Source of the DNA: a virus | Lineage: Duplodnaviria > Caudoviricetes | Direction: 5' to 3' (one strand) | IMG/VR virus record: IMGVR_UViG_2828164553_000001 | Location: 1 to 64,000 of that record | DNA length: 64,000 nucleotides | Shown here: positions 1-9,665 of the stretch, in pieces | How positions within the stretch are numbered: position 1 is the stretch's first letter | Layout: each line of letters opens with the position of its first letter | The notes under the pieces: model-generated | What the model was told of the DNA's origin: nothing | The model's input: the letters and a program-made list of their open reading frames with translations, nothing else | Database searches by the model: none | Position numbers and translations under genes: made by a program

Positions 1-307
1 TCAACTCAGTAGGCTTGCCAGCGAGGTGATGCTTATCGGCTTTGCGCACCGACTCACGGATGACGCCAGGCACACCGGCGCACGGCGATCCAACGGCATA
101 TTGCCCTTACTGCCCCACACGATGTATTCGGCCTGATTCCGGAAGCGCCCCATCTGTGGACGCACGCCTTCGGTCTTATCCCAGACGGTGATGCCGCGCC
201 ACTTGAAGCCGGCGATCTGCAACACATCGGTGGTCAGCGGCAGCTGCCGCCAGTTGGTGAATAGCAACACCGGCGCGCCGGCATTGAGCATGCGCGCGCG
301 CCCAGAC
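1..307 (-). pseudogene. DNA methyltransferase fragment (copy 3): 5'-truncated, frameshifted, runs off-window
   Basis: Closely similar to 3126-3827 (WDKTEGVRPQ..RFRNQAEYIVWGSKG); 1-bp deletion near 73; lacks the DPPY N-terminus. Confidence 0.9.
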
Positions 308-628
308 TGTGACGGTGCGTTACTCGCGGAAGTGCTGTCGAAGCCGGCTTCGCACTACTCTCCCCTTCGTTCCACGATGCCGCAGTTCGTGAGCAAGCAG
401 TGCGACGCCGGCCAGGCCGCCGATCATTTCAGCCTCGCAACAACACCAACGAAAGTGAAGGTAGGGGACTCCATCGTCTTGTGCGTCGATGGCAGCAAGG
501 ATGGCTATATGGCTCACCATTCGCTCCTGTCCACCTTAGGGACACCACCTAGTCTATCAATGTGCGAATGGGCCTCGCGAACCACCACTTCCCCTGATCC
601 TGACAACCCCGAGAGAACTCGATCCCTG

Positions 629-1531
629 ATGAAAACCCGACCACTGCAAAAAAAGCATGTTGCAGCCCTCGCATTTGCCATTATCGCCCCCCTCGCATCC
701 TCGGTCGCCACGGCGCAAACCCCGGGAGTCGTGGCGCCTCGAAATCCCGATCGCGCTGTACTCCCCGTCATCTCCGGCTCGAAGGTAAGTGTTCCCTTTG
801 GATCATGCACCGTAGGAGCAGTGCTGGTGCCCACGAGCATCTTCCACAGACTGACGCCGTATCAACGTGCCACCCGATGGATAGTGCTGGCCAAGCACTG
901 CGCGCCGCTGTACGCGACCATCCACGTGGGTACCGCGGCCATCGGCAACGTCGTGTGGCAGTCGGCAACCTCGGACATTGAACTAGTGCGAGTTTCACCC
1001 CAGCCGGGTCCATCGTCGCTGTACTGCGCCTCTCACGGCAGCGCGGCGTTCTGCAATCCGATCCAGTCCTACATTCCCCGGGCGAACAACCAGGTTTTCA
1101 TGCCCCGCGCCGGGCGGGAAGCGCGACTTCCTGTTATCGGATGGTCGAACGCGCCGGACGGGCAGTTCTGCACAAGCGGTTGGCGCACGGGCGTCCGATG
1201 CGTGTGGCAAGGCTTCTCTCTCACGACGGGGATTTGGAGGCCAAGTTATGAGCACATCAGCTCCGCCCACGCGTCCGAGCTCAATAGCATCGACAACGGC
1301 GACTCCGGCGGTCCAGTCGTTACCTACGACAAGCATCTGATCGGGATCGTCTCCTCCGGCGAGCCTAACGGCAGATCTATCGTCTATTACACGCCGATGC
1401 AACAGGTGCTGCACGAACTGTATAGCTACTCCCTCGCTCCGGCCGACCTGCCAACCGCTGCAGGCGAAGACAATCCTCTTTCCTCCGGCGGTGAGAACGC
1501 TGGGTGGGAACTGGCGCCGACCGACGGGTGA
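629..1531 (+). CDS. Secreted chymotrypsin-like (S1) serine protease, Pat-1/Chp-like
   Basis: Signal peptide (MKTRPLQKKHVAALAFAIIAPLASSVATA); triad motifs AKHC, SDIEL, GDSGGP; PYQRAxR and FCTSG motifs recalled from Clavibacter Pat-1. Confidence 0.85.
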   Translation: MKTRPLQKKHVAALAFAIIAPLASSVATAQTPGVVAPRNPDRAVLPVISGSKVSVPFGSCTVGAVLVPTSIFHRLTPYQRATRWIVLAKHCAPLYATIHVGTAAIGNVVWQSATSDIELVRVSPQPGPSSLYCASHGSAAFCNPIQSYIPRANNQVFMPRAGREARLPVIGWSNAPDGQFCTSGWRTGVRCVWQGFSLTTGIWRPSYEHISSAHASELNSIDNGDSGGPVVTYDKHLIGIVSSGEPNGRSIVYYTPMQQVLHELYSYSLAPADLPTAAGEDNPLSSGGENAGWELAPTDG

Positions 1532-1637
1532 GGCGTACCGCTGCGGTCCACTCTGGATGAGGGCGAACGGGTCGGCGCTCAGGTTGCTGGCCTCTGTCAT
1601 CAGCATTCCGTGTGGTACCCGGTTTAGCTCTTCACTC

Positions 1638-1669
1638 AGCAAAGCGCCGCCTCCGTGTGGCGCTTTGCT
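1638..1669. terminator. Hairpin between the convergent protease and MTase fragment
   Basis: AGCAAAGCGCC-N10-GGCGCTTTGCT, perfect 11-bp stem. Confidence 0.6.
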
Positions 1670-1697
1670 ATGTAGTTGAACAGCAAACACCGGCCTT

Positions 1698-2125
1698 TCA
1701 GTTATCGGGCCGCACCCTTGCAACATCAGAGTAATGTGAAGTCATCTCCACACCTGTAAAGCTGTAGCCCTCCACCTGCGTGGCCACCAGAGTCGTTCCA
1801 CTTCCGGCAAACGGGTATAGCACGCGTCCGCCTGACTCACAGATCCGCACCAGCTGCCGCATCAACTCTGTCGGCTTCCCGGTCAGGTGATGCTTGTCAG
1901 CCTTGCGCACAGGCTCACGGATGACACCAGGCAGCACCGGCGTGCGGCGGTCCAGCGGCATATTTCCCTTGCTGCCCCAGACGATGTATTCGGCCTGGTT
2001 GCGGAAGCGGCCCGGTTGCGGCCGCACTCCTTCGGTCTTGTCCCAGTCGGTGATGCCGCGCCAGTGAAGCCAGCGCTCTGCAGCGCGTCGGGGGTTAGCG
2101 ACAGCTGCCGCCGCCGGGCATTGCA
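1698..2125 (-). pseudogene. DNA methyltransferase fragment (copy 2), 5'-truncated
   Basis: C-terminal part of the MTase (GKPTELMRQLV, PFAGSGTT); 1-bp deletion near 2064 and an internal deletion near 2112; no DPPY. Confidence 0.9.
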
Positions 2126-2537
2126 CCACCTGAGCCGTTCCCCCGTTTCGACTGCGCGCTAGCGCAGTGTGTGATTTTGCCTATGCGCACCCCAGCGCTG
2201 AGCGCTCACGATGCGAGCTGTAGGTGCTTAAGATTCGATTTATGTACAAACACATCTATTCACCTACTAGCATCTTTTCCTAGTTTATGTACAACCAAGG
2301 GAATCATGCGTGATAAACAATAAATTCGATTTGAACAATTGTTGTTACCTAATTCAACGCGTACTTTCGCCTATGCCACTGCGCGGCCCAAGAATCCGTG
2401 TACAGCCGTAAAAAAACAAAGCGCTAAAAGCGAAGCAGAGATTTTATTTGCGAATCAATCAAGTTTTCACAGTTCACGGACGTCTCATCGGCGCCGCATA
2501 ATTTCCTCCAGTCGACGAGCGCAATTTGAGGTGTCCC

Positions 2538-2954
2538 ATGAGTGATTCAATCCCGGTGCGTTATAACAACGCTCCTCCCATGGTCGATGACTATTGCCAA
2601 TTGAGGCTGCTTGCGGGGATGAGTCCAAAAGCAAAAGAGACGGCCGAGGCATCGCTACCAAATACAGTCTTTGGCGTGTCCGGCTATCAGTGCGGCGAAC
2701 TTGTCGCCATGGGGCGGATCATTGGCGATAGTGGTTGTCACCTTCAGCTATGTGACATCGCCGTACATCCAAGACTGCAGCGGCAAGGCATGGGCAAAGA
2801 GGTAATGCGGCGGCTAAACCATTGGATGGAGCACAATCTGCTGCCAACCGCCGAAGTCAGCCTACTCGCTAGAGGCTCTAGCCATCTGCTTTATGCACAA
2901 TATGGATTCGCACCCACAGCGCCGGCCGCTATCAGTATGTGCCGCCGACGCTGA
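2538..2954 (+). CDS. GNAT family N-acetyltransferase (AttT-like), phage cargo
   Basis: GELVAMGRIIGD, DIAVHPRLQRQGMGK acetyl-CoA motif A, LYAQYGF; GAGG RBS. Confidence 0.88.
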   Translation: MSDSIPVRYNNAPPMVDDYCQLRLLAGMSPKAKETAEASLPNTVFGVSGYQCGELVAMGRIIGDSGCHLQLCDIAVHPRLQRQGMGKEVMRRLNHWMEHNLLPTAEVSLLARGSSHLLYAQYGFAPTAPAAISMCRRR

Positions 2955-3125
2955 TAGTTAAAGTAAATTACTCTGCAGGCCAAGCCTAATAAACGAGCAG
3001 TGAGGCAGCTTTAGAAATAATGGCTAAGCATTAATGAGTTCCTATGCACCACAGGCGCTTAGAATTCCGACAGCCATTGCTCTTCGAGTAAAGCTTAGCC
3101 GTCCAAGAAGACGGCCAAGTCTATT

Positions 3126-3827
3126 TTAAATTTCGGAGATTCGGCCACTGGCAACTTTTGCATAGTGCTCGGTTTTTTCCACCCCAGTCCAGCAATAACC
3201 CTCAAGTTCCGCCGCAACCAAGGTTGTCCCGCTCCCTGCAAACGGATCGAGCACCCGCCCGCCTGACTCGCATATCCGCACCAGCTGCCGCATCAATTCA
3301 GTGGGCTTGCCGGTCAGGTAATGCTTGTCAGCCTTGCGCACAGGCTCACGGATGACACCAGGGAGTACTGGCGCGCGGCGGTCCAGCGGCATGTTGCCCT
3401 TGCTGCCCCAGACGATATATTCGGCCTGGTTGCGGAAGCGTCCCAACTGCGGCCGCACGCCTTCGGTCTTGTCCCACACGGTGATGCCGCGCCAAGTGAA
3501 GCCGGCGATCTGAAGAGCGTCAGTGGTCAGCGGTAGCTGGCGCCAGTCGGTGAACAGCAGTACCGGCGCGCCGTCCTTGAGCACGCGTGCGCACTCGGAC
3601 AACCACAGATGCATCCACTTCAGGTGCGAACGCTGGTCGCGTTCATCGCCAACGAAGTCGGCGTGCCCCCCATCCCTGCAGTACTTGGTTGACGGCGGCC
3701 GCGCACGGGCAGCGGCGGTAAGGCCGCCGCTGGCATACGGCGGGTCAGTGATCAGCGCGTCGAACGCATTCGCTTCGAGCGTGGGCAGGATGGTCAGGGC
3801 GTCGCCCTGCAGGAGCTGGTTTTTCAT
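3126..3827 (-). CDS. Intact N6-A/N4-C DNA methyltransferase, beta class
   Basis: TDPPY motif IV precedes DPFAGSGTT motif I. Confidence 0.95.
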   Translation of the reverse strand: MKNQLLQGDALTILPTLEANAFDALITDPPYASGGLTAAARARPPSTKYCRDGGHADFVGDERDQRSHLKWMHLWLSECARVLKDGAPVLLFTDWRQLPLTTDALQIAGFTWRGITVWDKTEGVRPQLGRFRNQAEYIVWGSKGNMPLDRRAPVLPGVIREPVRKADKHYLTGKPTELMRQLVRICESGGRVLDPFAGSGTTLVAAELEGYCWTGVEKTEHYAKVASGRISEI

Positions 3828-3990
3828 CGTGAGAACCTTCTTGGATTCGCTCGCGGCGATCGGAGGTGAGGCTCTCGGCCTTCAGGTGATTGAGCGTGCC
3901 GCAGCGCGGGCACTTGATTTGGATTTCGTCAAAGGCGCCGGCCTTGCATAGCAGGCGGGCACATTCGCCACAACGGAGGTTCTTGAGCAT
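3745..3990 (-). CDS. com: Mu Com-like zinc-finger translational regulator
   Basis: RCGECARLL...IKCPRCGTLN; overlaps the MTase start as com does mom. Confidence 0.85.
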   Translation of the reverse strand: MLKNLRCGECARLLCKAGAFDEIQIKCPRCGTLNHLKAESLTSDRRERIQEGSHDEKPAPAGRRPDHPAHARSECVRRADH

Positions 3991-4015
3991 TGCGTGGTCT
4001 TGCGGTAGGAAAGGA

Positions 4016-5029
4016 TTACGCGGCCGCTGGCGGCGCGTAGGGGGCGAAGGCGATCACCTCATCGCCCACCCAGTCGTTGATCTTCAACATGCGCGCCTGC
4101 AGCGGCTCCAGCTCGTTGGCGGCCCACACAGCGGCGGCCTCGCGGATCGACCCGAAGCCGCCGGCGTTCTGCGGCACGATGCCCATGAGCTGCGGCGGGA
4201 TCCGCAGCGCGGCCAGCATGTCGTCGCGGGTGATGCCCTTGATGCCGCTGAACTCGTCCTTGGCCGCCACTTCGCTGACCGGGATCAGCTTCAAGCCGTC
4301 CTTGTTGCCGCCTGGCGAGTACAGGAACAGGTTGCGGAAGTTGCCTGGCCCCTTTGCGCCCTTCATGGCGGCGCGCAGCGCGTCGACGTCCTCCTGGCTT
4401 TGCTGGGGATCGGTCAGATAGAGGATGAAGCCGGCATGCGAGCCGTTGTTGTAGTACTTGCGCCGGAACAACGTGGCCGACTCATTGAGCAGCGCGGACT
4501 GCATTGCCGGCATCCATTCGGGCAGGCCGTAGAGCTCCTGATCGACATCGGCTTCGCGCAGCTGGAACACGCTGCCTGGCTCGAACACGTGCTCGTCGTG
4601 CCAGGTGCGAACCTGGAAATACTCACCCTCGGTGATGCCGCGCCGCATGTACTTGGACAGCGGCGCGGCCAGCGACAGCGAGCCACCCATACGGTTGCGA
4701 CGGCGCTCGAGGTAGCCATTGCCCAGCGTGATCCAGTCCAGCGACAGCTGCTCGAAGGCCTCGCGTGTCAGCAGCCGATGCGGCTTGAAGGTTCGCGCCA
4801 GCATGTTGCGCTTGAAGATCAACCCGGACTGCAGGAACGGATTGCTGCGGGTGGTCTTGGATAGGCCATCCAGCACCACCGGCGGCTCATACCAGCGCCC
4901 GTTCTGCCAGCACTCCAGATAGTCCAGCACGCCGCGCCCATCGAGCACCGGTGTCGGGTCGCCAAAGGTAAAGGCCTCGGCACGCGCGGGCGCTGCGGGC
5001 ACGGCGGCGGGCAGCTGGTCGGTCAACAT
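4016..5029 (-). CDS. Portal protein (P2 gpQ)
   Basis: AFTFGDPTPVLD, WYEPP, YYNNGSHAGFI; position after terminase. Confidence 0.95.
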   Translation of the reverse strand: MLTDQLPAAVPAAPARAEAFTFGDPTPVLDGRGVLDYLECWQNGRWYEPPVVLDGLSKTTRSNPFLQSGLIFKRNMLARTFKPHRLLTREAFEQLSLDWITLGNGYLERRRNRMGGSLSLAAPLSKYMRRGITEGEYFQVRTWHDEHVFEPGSVFQLREADVDQELYGLPEWMPAMQSALLNESATLFRRKYYNNGSHAGFILYLTDPQQSQEDVDALRAAMKGAKGPGNFRNLFLYSPGGNKDGLKLIPVSEVAAKDEFSGIKGITRDDMLAALRIPPQLMGIVPQNAGGFGSIREAAAVWAANELEPLQARMLKINDWVGDEVIAFAPYAPPAAA

Positions 5030-6792
5030 CAAGAGATCTCCATGAAGCCGGAGTTGCGCGCGGTGCGCCCTTCCAGCGGTTCGTTCTGCAGCGCGTGGAA
5101 CAGTGCCCACGCCAGGTCAGCGTGGCCGGTCTCTTCCGAGCGGCCAGCGGTGAAGGTGGACTGGCGGCCGCTGGCCGTCATGGTCTTGCGGATGGCCATC
5201 AACGATTGCGCCATGTCGATCCAGCCGGCGTCGAACTCCAGGCGGCCGTTGTGGATCACGTCGAACGCCTTGAGTACCAAGCGCGTTTTGACCTCGGGCG
5301 AGTAGCTGAAGGTGACTAGATTCGGGAAGAACTGCTTCACCAGCTGTGCCACACCGCTACCCATGCCGGTGGTGTCGATGCCGATATAGGTCACCCAGTA
5401 CCGTTGCGTGACGCCATGAATAAATTTGGCCTGTGCCGCGAAGTCCATGCCACGGAACTGATGCCGTTCTAGGATGCGGAACTTGCCGCCGGGGATGGAC
5501 GGTGGAGCCAGCACTACAAGGCCGGCGGTGTCGCCGGTGTCAGCCGGGTCGTAGCCGATCCACACCGCGCGATCGCCGAAGGGACGCAGGGCAAATGGTT
5601 TGTAGTCGTCGCCCCACTCCACCCAGCTGTCGACCATGCACGGCTGCAGCATCGCCAGCGGAAAGATGCTGGCGCCGTCGTCGACGAACTCGCACATCAA
5701 CAGGTTGGCGAAGGCGTCCGGGCTGTATTCCTCGCGCAGTTCCTCGATATCGAACAGGTCGCAGCCACGGCGCTGGGCGTCGAGGATATTGACGATCTGC
5801 CGCCAGGCGCGGTCCTGGCAGCGGCGCCCGCCGGCCAACGCATCATGCGAGACATCGATCTGGATGCGCTGTGCGGCCGGCTTACCCTTGTTGCGGCGCT
5901 CGCCGGTCCAGAACGTGTAGGCCTCGTGCGCCATGCTGGACGGTGTGCTGAAGTAGGTCTTGCGCCACTTTTTGTGCATCGCCATGCCGCTGGCGACCTT
6001 GTTCAATTCGTTGAACCCGTAGGTCCAGAAGAACTCGTCGAAGTAGAAATTGCCGTGGTAACCCTGGGCTGTGCGCGCATTTGTACCCAGGAAGAACAGC
6101 TCGGCGCCGTTGGGAAACACGATGCTGTCGCCACCGGAGAGCGTCTCGTCGATCGTCTCGCGCACGAATTGCTGCATGTATCCACGGAACAGATGCGCTT
6201 GCGCCTTGGAGGCGCTGAGGAAGATCTGATTGCGCCCTGTTGTGAGCGCATCGATCAATGCTTCGCGTGCAAAGTAGTACGTGGCACCGATCTGGCGCGA
6301 CTTGAGGATGATGCGGGTGCGCTCGCTGCCGGCCCGGTACCAATCGCGCTGATAGTCGAAACAGCCGTCGACGAATGCCGTGGTCAGCTGCTCGATCTGT
6401 TCCTCGCTGAAGTCGTTGCGCTTGGGCTTCTTCTTCGGCGCGGCGTTGCGATTGGCCACAGCCGGGTTCAGATCGGCCTCGTTGCCGCCACCTTGGTAGC
6501 GCTGGATGCGCGCCTGGCGCTCCAACTGCCGATGCAGCAGATCAATTTCCTTGAAGTCGCCACCGGATTTTTCCGGCTTCATGATCAACACGACAAGGCG
6601 CGCTTCCAGTGCACCACCGATGCGCTCAACGTTATCTGCGCGATCCCACTCGTCACGCGACTTCCAGCTGTGTACAGTCTTCTCGTTCTCGCCGATGGCT
6701 TGCGCAATTTCGGTCACGCGCCATCCCATCCAGTACAGGAACTTGGCCTGTCTGCGGGTGTCCATCGGAAGCTGGGTGGCAACGCTTTGCAT
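5029..6792 (-). CDS. Terminase ATPase subunit (P2 gpP)
   Basis: LKSRQIGAT Walker A, YFDEFFW Walker B, C-terminal GHADLAWA. Confidence 0.96.
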   Translation of the reverse strand: MQSVATQLPMDTRRQAKFLYWMGWRVTEIAQAIGENEKTVHSWKSRDEWDRADNVERIGGALEARLVVLIMKPEKSGGDFKEIDLLHRQLERQARIQRYQGGGNEADLNPAVANRNAAPKKKPKRNDFSEEQIEQLTTAFVDGCFDYQRDWYRAGSERTRIILKSRQIGATYYFAREALIDALTTGRNQIFLSASKAQAHLFRGYMQQFVRETIDETLSGGDSIVFPNGAELFFLGTNARTAQGYHGNFYFDEFFWTYGFNELNKVASGMAMHKKWRKTYFSTPSSMAHEAYTFWTGERRNKGKPAAQRIQIDVSHDALAGGRRCQDRAWRQIVNILDAQRRGCDLFDIEELREEYSPDAFANLLMCEFVDDGASIFPLAMLQPCMVDSWVEWGDDYKPFALRPFGDRAVWIGYDPADTGDTAGLVVLAPPSIPGGKFRILERHQFRGMDFAAQAKFIHGVTQRYWVTYIGIDTTGMGSGVAQLVKQFFPNLVTFSYSPEVKTRLVLKAFDVIHNGRLEFDAGWIDMAQSLMAIRKTMTASGRQSTFTAGRSEETGHADLAWALFHALQNEPLEGRTARNSGFMEIS

Positions 6793-6840
6793 GCCGACCA
6801 GGGTGCGGCACACCTCTTAATCCCGACAGTTGAGCGACGC

Positions 6841-6898
6841 GTAATCACCATGTTTACACGGTGATTTCGTTGCTGCGCTATGCGTCGCGTTTGACCAT
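6841..6898. promoter_or_regulatory. Ogr-type late activator box for the divergent P/O promoters
   Basis: GTAA-N9-TTAC (6841-6857); GACCAT 35 nt downstream; same geometry at 12947 and 17394. Confidence 0.65.
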
Positions 6899-6934
6899 GG
6901 GTCATCGCAAACGCATCCAGCGCAGAGGACATCC

Positions 6935-7777
6935 ATGTCGGGCAAGACCAAGAAGTTCCGTTCCAACTGGTTTCGCGTGGCCGTCGAAGGCGCCACCACC
7001 GATGGCCGCACGATTCAGCGCAGTTGGATCGACGACATGGCCGCCACCTACAACCGCGAGACCTACGGTGCGCGCATCTGGATCGAACACATGCGCAGCC
7101 TGCTGCCGGACTCGCCGTTCCGTGCGTATGGCGATGTCACCGCCGTCAAAGCCGAAGAGGTCGAGATCGACGGCACCAAGCGCCTGGCGCTGTTCGCACA
7201 GATCGAGCCGACTGCCGATCTGATCACCATCAACAAGTCCAAGCAGAAGCTCTACACCAGCATCGAGGTGCAGGAGAAGTTCGCCAACACCGGCAAGGCG
7301 TATCTGGTCGGCCTGGCGGTCACCGATTCCCCAGCCAGCCTGGGCACCTCCATGCTCAGCTTCGCCAGCCAGAACCCCGACGCCAATCCGCTGGCCGATC
7401 GCAAGCAGTCACCGGGCAACCTGTTCACCGTCGCCGAGGAAACCGCGCTGGAATTCAGCGAAGTCAGCGAAGGTCCGGTCGCCAATTTGCTTAGCCGGAT
7501 CCGCACCGCGCTCAAGAGCGAGGACGCCACCAGCATCACCGCCGAGCAGTTCGCCGATCTCGGCCAGGGCGTCGAAGAGATCGCCGAGCACGTGCGCGGC
7601 CAGGACGAACGCTTCAACCGCCTGCAGGCCGAGCACGCCGAGCAGAAGACCAAGCACGAACAGCTGGCAAACGACCTGGCGCAGCTGCGCGAGTCGCTAT
7701 CGCAGCAGCCCGATCCGGCACAGCCCGCACGCCCGGTGGTCACCGGCAGCGGCGCGGCCGTGCTGACCGACTGCTGA
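6935..7777 (+). CDS. Capsid scaffolding protein (gpO)
   Basis: FRVAVEGATTDGR, YLVGLAVTDSPASLGT. Confidence 0.95.
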   Translation: MSGKTKKFRSNWFRVAVEGATTDGRTIQRSWIDDMAATYNRETYGARIWIEHMRSLLPDSPFRAYGDVTAVKAEEVEIDGTKRLALFAQIEPTADLITINKSKQKLYTSIEVQEKFANTGKAYLVGLAVTDSPASLGTSMLSFASQNPDANPLADRKQSPGNLFTVAEETALEFSEVSEGPVANLLSRIRTALKSEDATSITAEQFADLGQGVEEIAEHVRGQDERFNRLQAEHAEQKTKHEQLANDLAQLRESLSQQPDPAQPARPVVTGSGAAVLTDC

Positions 7778-7824
7778 TCCCCCACCACAAAAAACGCCGC
7801 AGCGCCACACCCTTCGGAGCCAAC

Positions 7825-8844
7825 ATGCAAAACGCCACCCGCCTTCAGTTCAATCAGTTCGCCGAGCAGATCGCAAAGCTCAACGGCATCACCTCCGCAT
7901 TCCACTCGTTCGCTGTCGATCCGACCGTGCAGCAGAAGCTGGAAACGCGCATGCAGGAATCGAGCGAGTTCCTGTCCAAGATCAACATCATCCCGGTGGA
8001 CGAATTGTCCGGCCAGAAGGTGGGCATCGGCGTCACCGGCAGCATCGCCAGCCGCACCGACACCGGCGCTGGCAAGACCCGCACTCCGCGCAACGTGGCC
8101 GCGCTCGACAAGAACGAGTACGTCGCCAAGAAGACCGACTTCGACACCGCGATCCCGTATGCGCTGCTCGATACCTGGGCCAAGTTCCCGGACTTCCAAG
8201 CGCGCCTGCGCGACGCCATCGTCAAGCGTCAGGCGCTGGACCGTCTGCAGATCGGCTTCAACGGCACGCACGCCGCTGCCGACACCGACCGCGCCACGTT
8301 CCCGCTGCTGGAAGACGTCAACATCGGATGGATGCAGCAGTACCGCACCAATGCCGCCCAGCGCGTGCTGGCGAGCGGAAAGGCTGCAGGCAAGGTGGTC
8401 ATCGGCGGCGCCGCTGCCGGCGCCGACTACGGCAACCTCGACGCACTGGTGTTCGACGTGGTGAGCAACTTGCTCGACCCGTGGCACCGCAAGGATCCGA
8501 GCCTGGTGGTGGTGCTGGGCCGCGACCTGATGCACGACAAGTATTTCCCGATGATCAACAAGGACCAGCCGGCCAGCGAGAAGATCGCCACCGATCTGAT
8601 CTTGAGCCAGCGCCGGGTCGGCGGCCTGCAGGTGGCCGAGGTGCCGTACCTGCCGGACGGCGCGTTGATGGTCACTTCGCTGGCGAACCTGTCGATCTAC
8701 TACCAGACCGGCGGCCGTCGCCGTTACATCCAGGAAGTGCCCGCCCGCGACCGCATCGAGAACTACGAGTCCTCCAACGATGCCTACGTGGTCGAAGACT
8801 ACGGCCTGGGCTGCGTGGTCGAGCACATCGAGATCGAGGCCTAA
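7825..8844 (+). CDS. Major capsid protein (gpN)
   Basis: VDPTVQQKLE, LDRLQIGFNG, ENYESSNDAYVVEDY. Confidence 0.96.
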   Translation: MQNATRLQFNQFAEQIAKLNGITSAFHSFAVDPTVQQKLETRMQESSEFLSKINIIPVDELSGQKVGIGVTGSIASRTDTGAGKTRTPRNVAALDKNEYVAKKTDFDTAIPYALLDTWAKFPDFQARLRDAIVKRQALDRLQIGFNGTHAAADTDRATFPLLEDVNIGWMQQYRTNAAQRVLASGKAAGKVVIGGAAAGADYGNLDALVFDVVSNLLDPWHRKDPSLVVVLGRDLMHDKYFPMINKDQPASEKIATDLILSQRRVGGLQVAEVPYLPDGALMVTSLANLSIYYQTGGRRRYIQEVPARDRIENYESSNDAYVVEDYGLGCVVEHIEIEA

Positions 8845-8847
8845 GCC

Positions 8848-9567
8848 GTGGCCGACAGTCCCGCCAAGCGTCACCACAGCCGCGTGCTGGCCGAGCTGGA
8901 AGCGGCGCAGCGCGCCCCGCACCAGTTGATGGCCGGTGCCACCGCCTACGAGCAACACATGGCGCAGCTGCAGAGCGATCGCCTTCGCTTGAAGCAGATC
9001 CAGTCCACCCAGGGCAAAGCTGCGCTCAAGGTGCAGCTGCTGCCGGCCTACGTGCCGTATCTGGCCGGCGTGCTGGCCGGCGGCCAGGGCGCGCAGGACG
9101 AGATCGTCATGACATGCATGGTCTGGCGCATTGATGCCGGCGACTATGCCGGCGCGCTGGAGCTGGGCGCCTACGTGCTCAAGCACAACCTGCAGATGCC
9201 CGACCGCTTCTCGCGCACGGTGGGCTGCGTGCTGGCCGAGGAAGTGGCCGAGGCGGCGTTGTCGGCGCAGAAGACCGGCCAGCCGTTCGATGCGGCCGTG
9301 CTGGCCGACACCGCCACGCTGACCGCCGAGCAGGACATGCCCGACGAGGTGCGCGCCAAGCTGCACCTGGCGGTGGCTCGCGCATCGCTGACGGGCATCA
9401 CCGACGAGACGCCCGCCGACCAGGCGCAGCCGATCGCCGCTGCCGCTGTGGCCGACCTGCAGCGCGCCATCGCACTGCACGGCAGCTGCGGCGGCAAGAA
9501 GGATCTGGAGCGCGCCGAGCGCCTCTTGAAGAAGTTCAGCGCTGAGCCTGCGGGCACCAGCGCATAA
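8848..9567 (+). CDS. Terminase endonuclease subunit (gpM)
   Basis: MVWRIDAGDY, DMPDEVRAKL; synteny. Confidence 0.93.
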   Translation: MADSPAKRHHSRVLAELEAAQRAPHQLMAGATAYEQHMAQLQSDRLRLKQIQSTQGKAALKVQLLPAYVPYLAGVLAGGQGAQDEIVMTCMVWRIDAGDYAGALELGAYVLKHNLQMPDRFSRTVGCVLAEEVAEAALSAQKTGQPFDAAVLADTATLTAEQDMPDEVRAKLHLAVARASLTGITDETPADQAQPIAAAAVADLQRAIALHGSCGGKKDLERAERLLKKFSAEPAGTSA

Positions 9568-9665
9568 CCGAGCGTCCCCGCAACCCTCGCCGGCTCGGGG
9601 CTGATCCACAGCACTTCATCGCTGCGGTGACGCCCCGACCACCGGCGATCTTTTCCGAGCCATCC

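Noticed and set aside
188-628. 147-aa N-terminal extension of the protease ORF
   Set aside because: It starts antisense inside the MTase remnant; the signal peptide begins at ATG 629.
7252-9609. 785-aa minus-strand ORF (likewise 21833-23353, 42794-44470, 50733-51764)
   Set aside because: Antisense shadows of well-supported genes in high-GC DNA.
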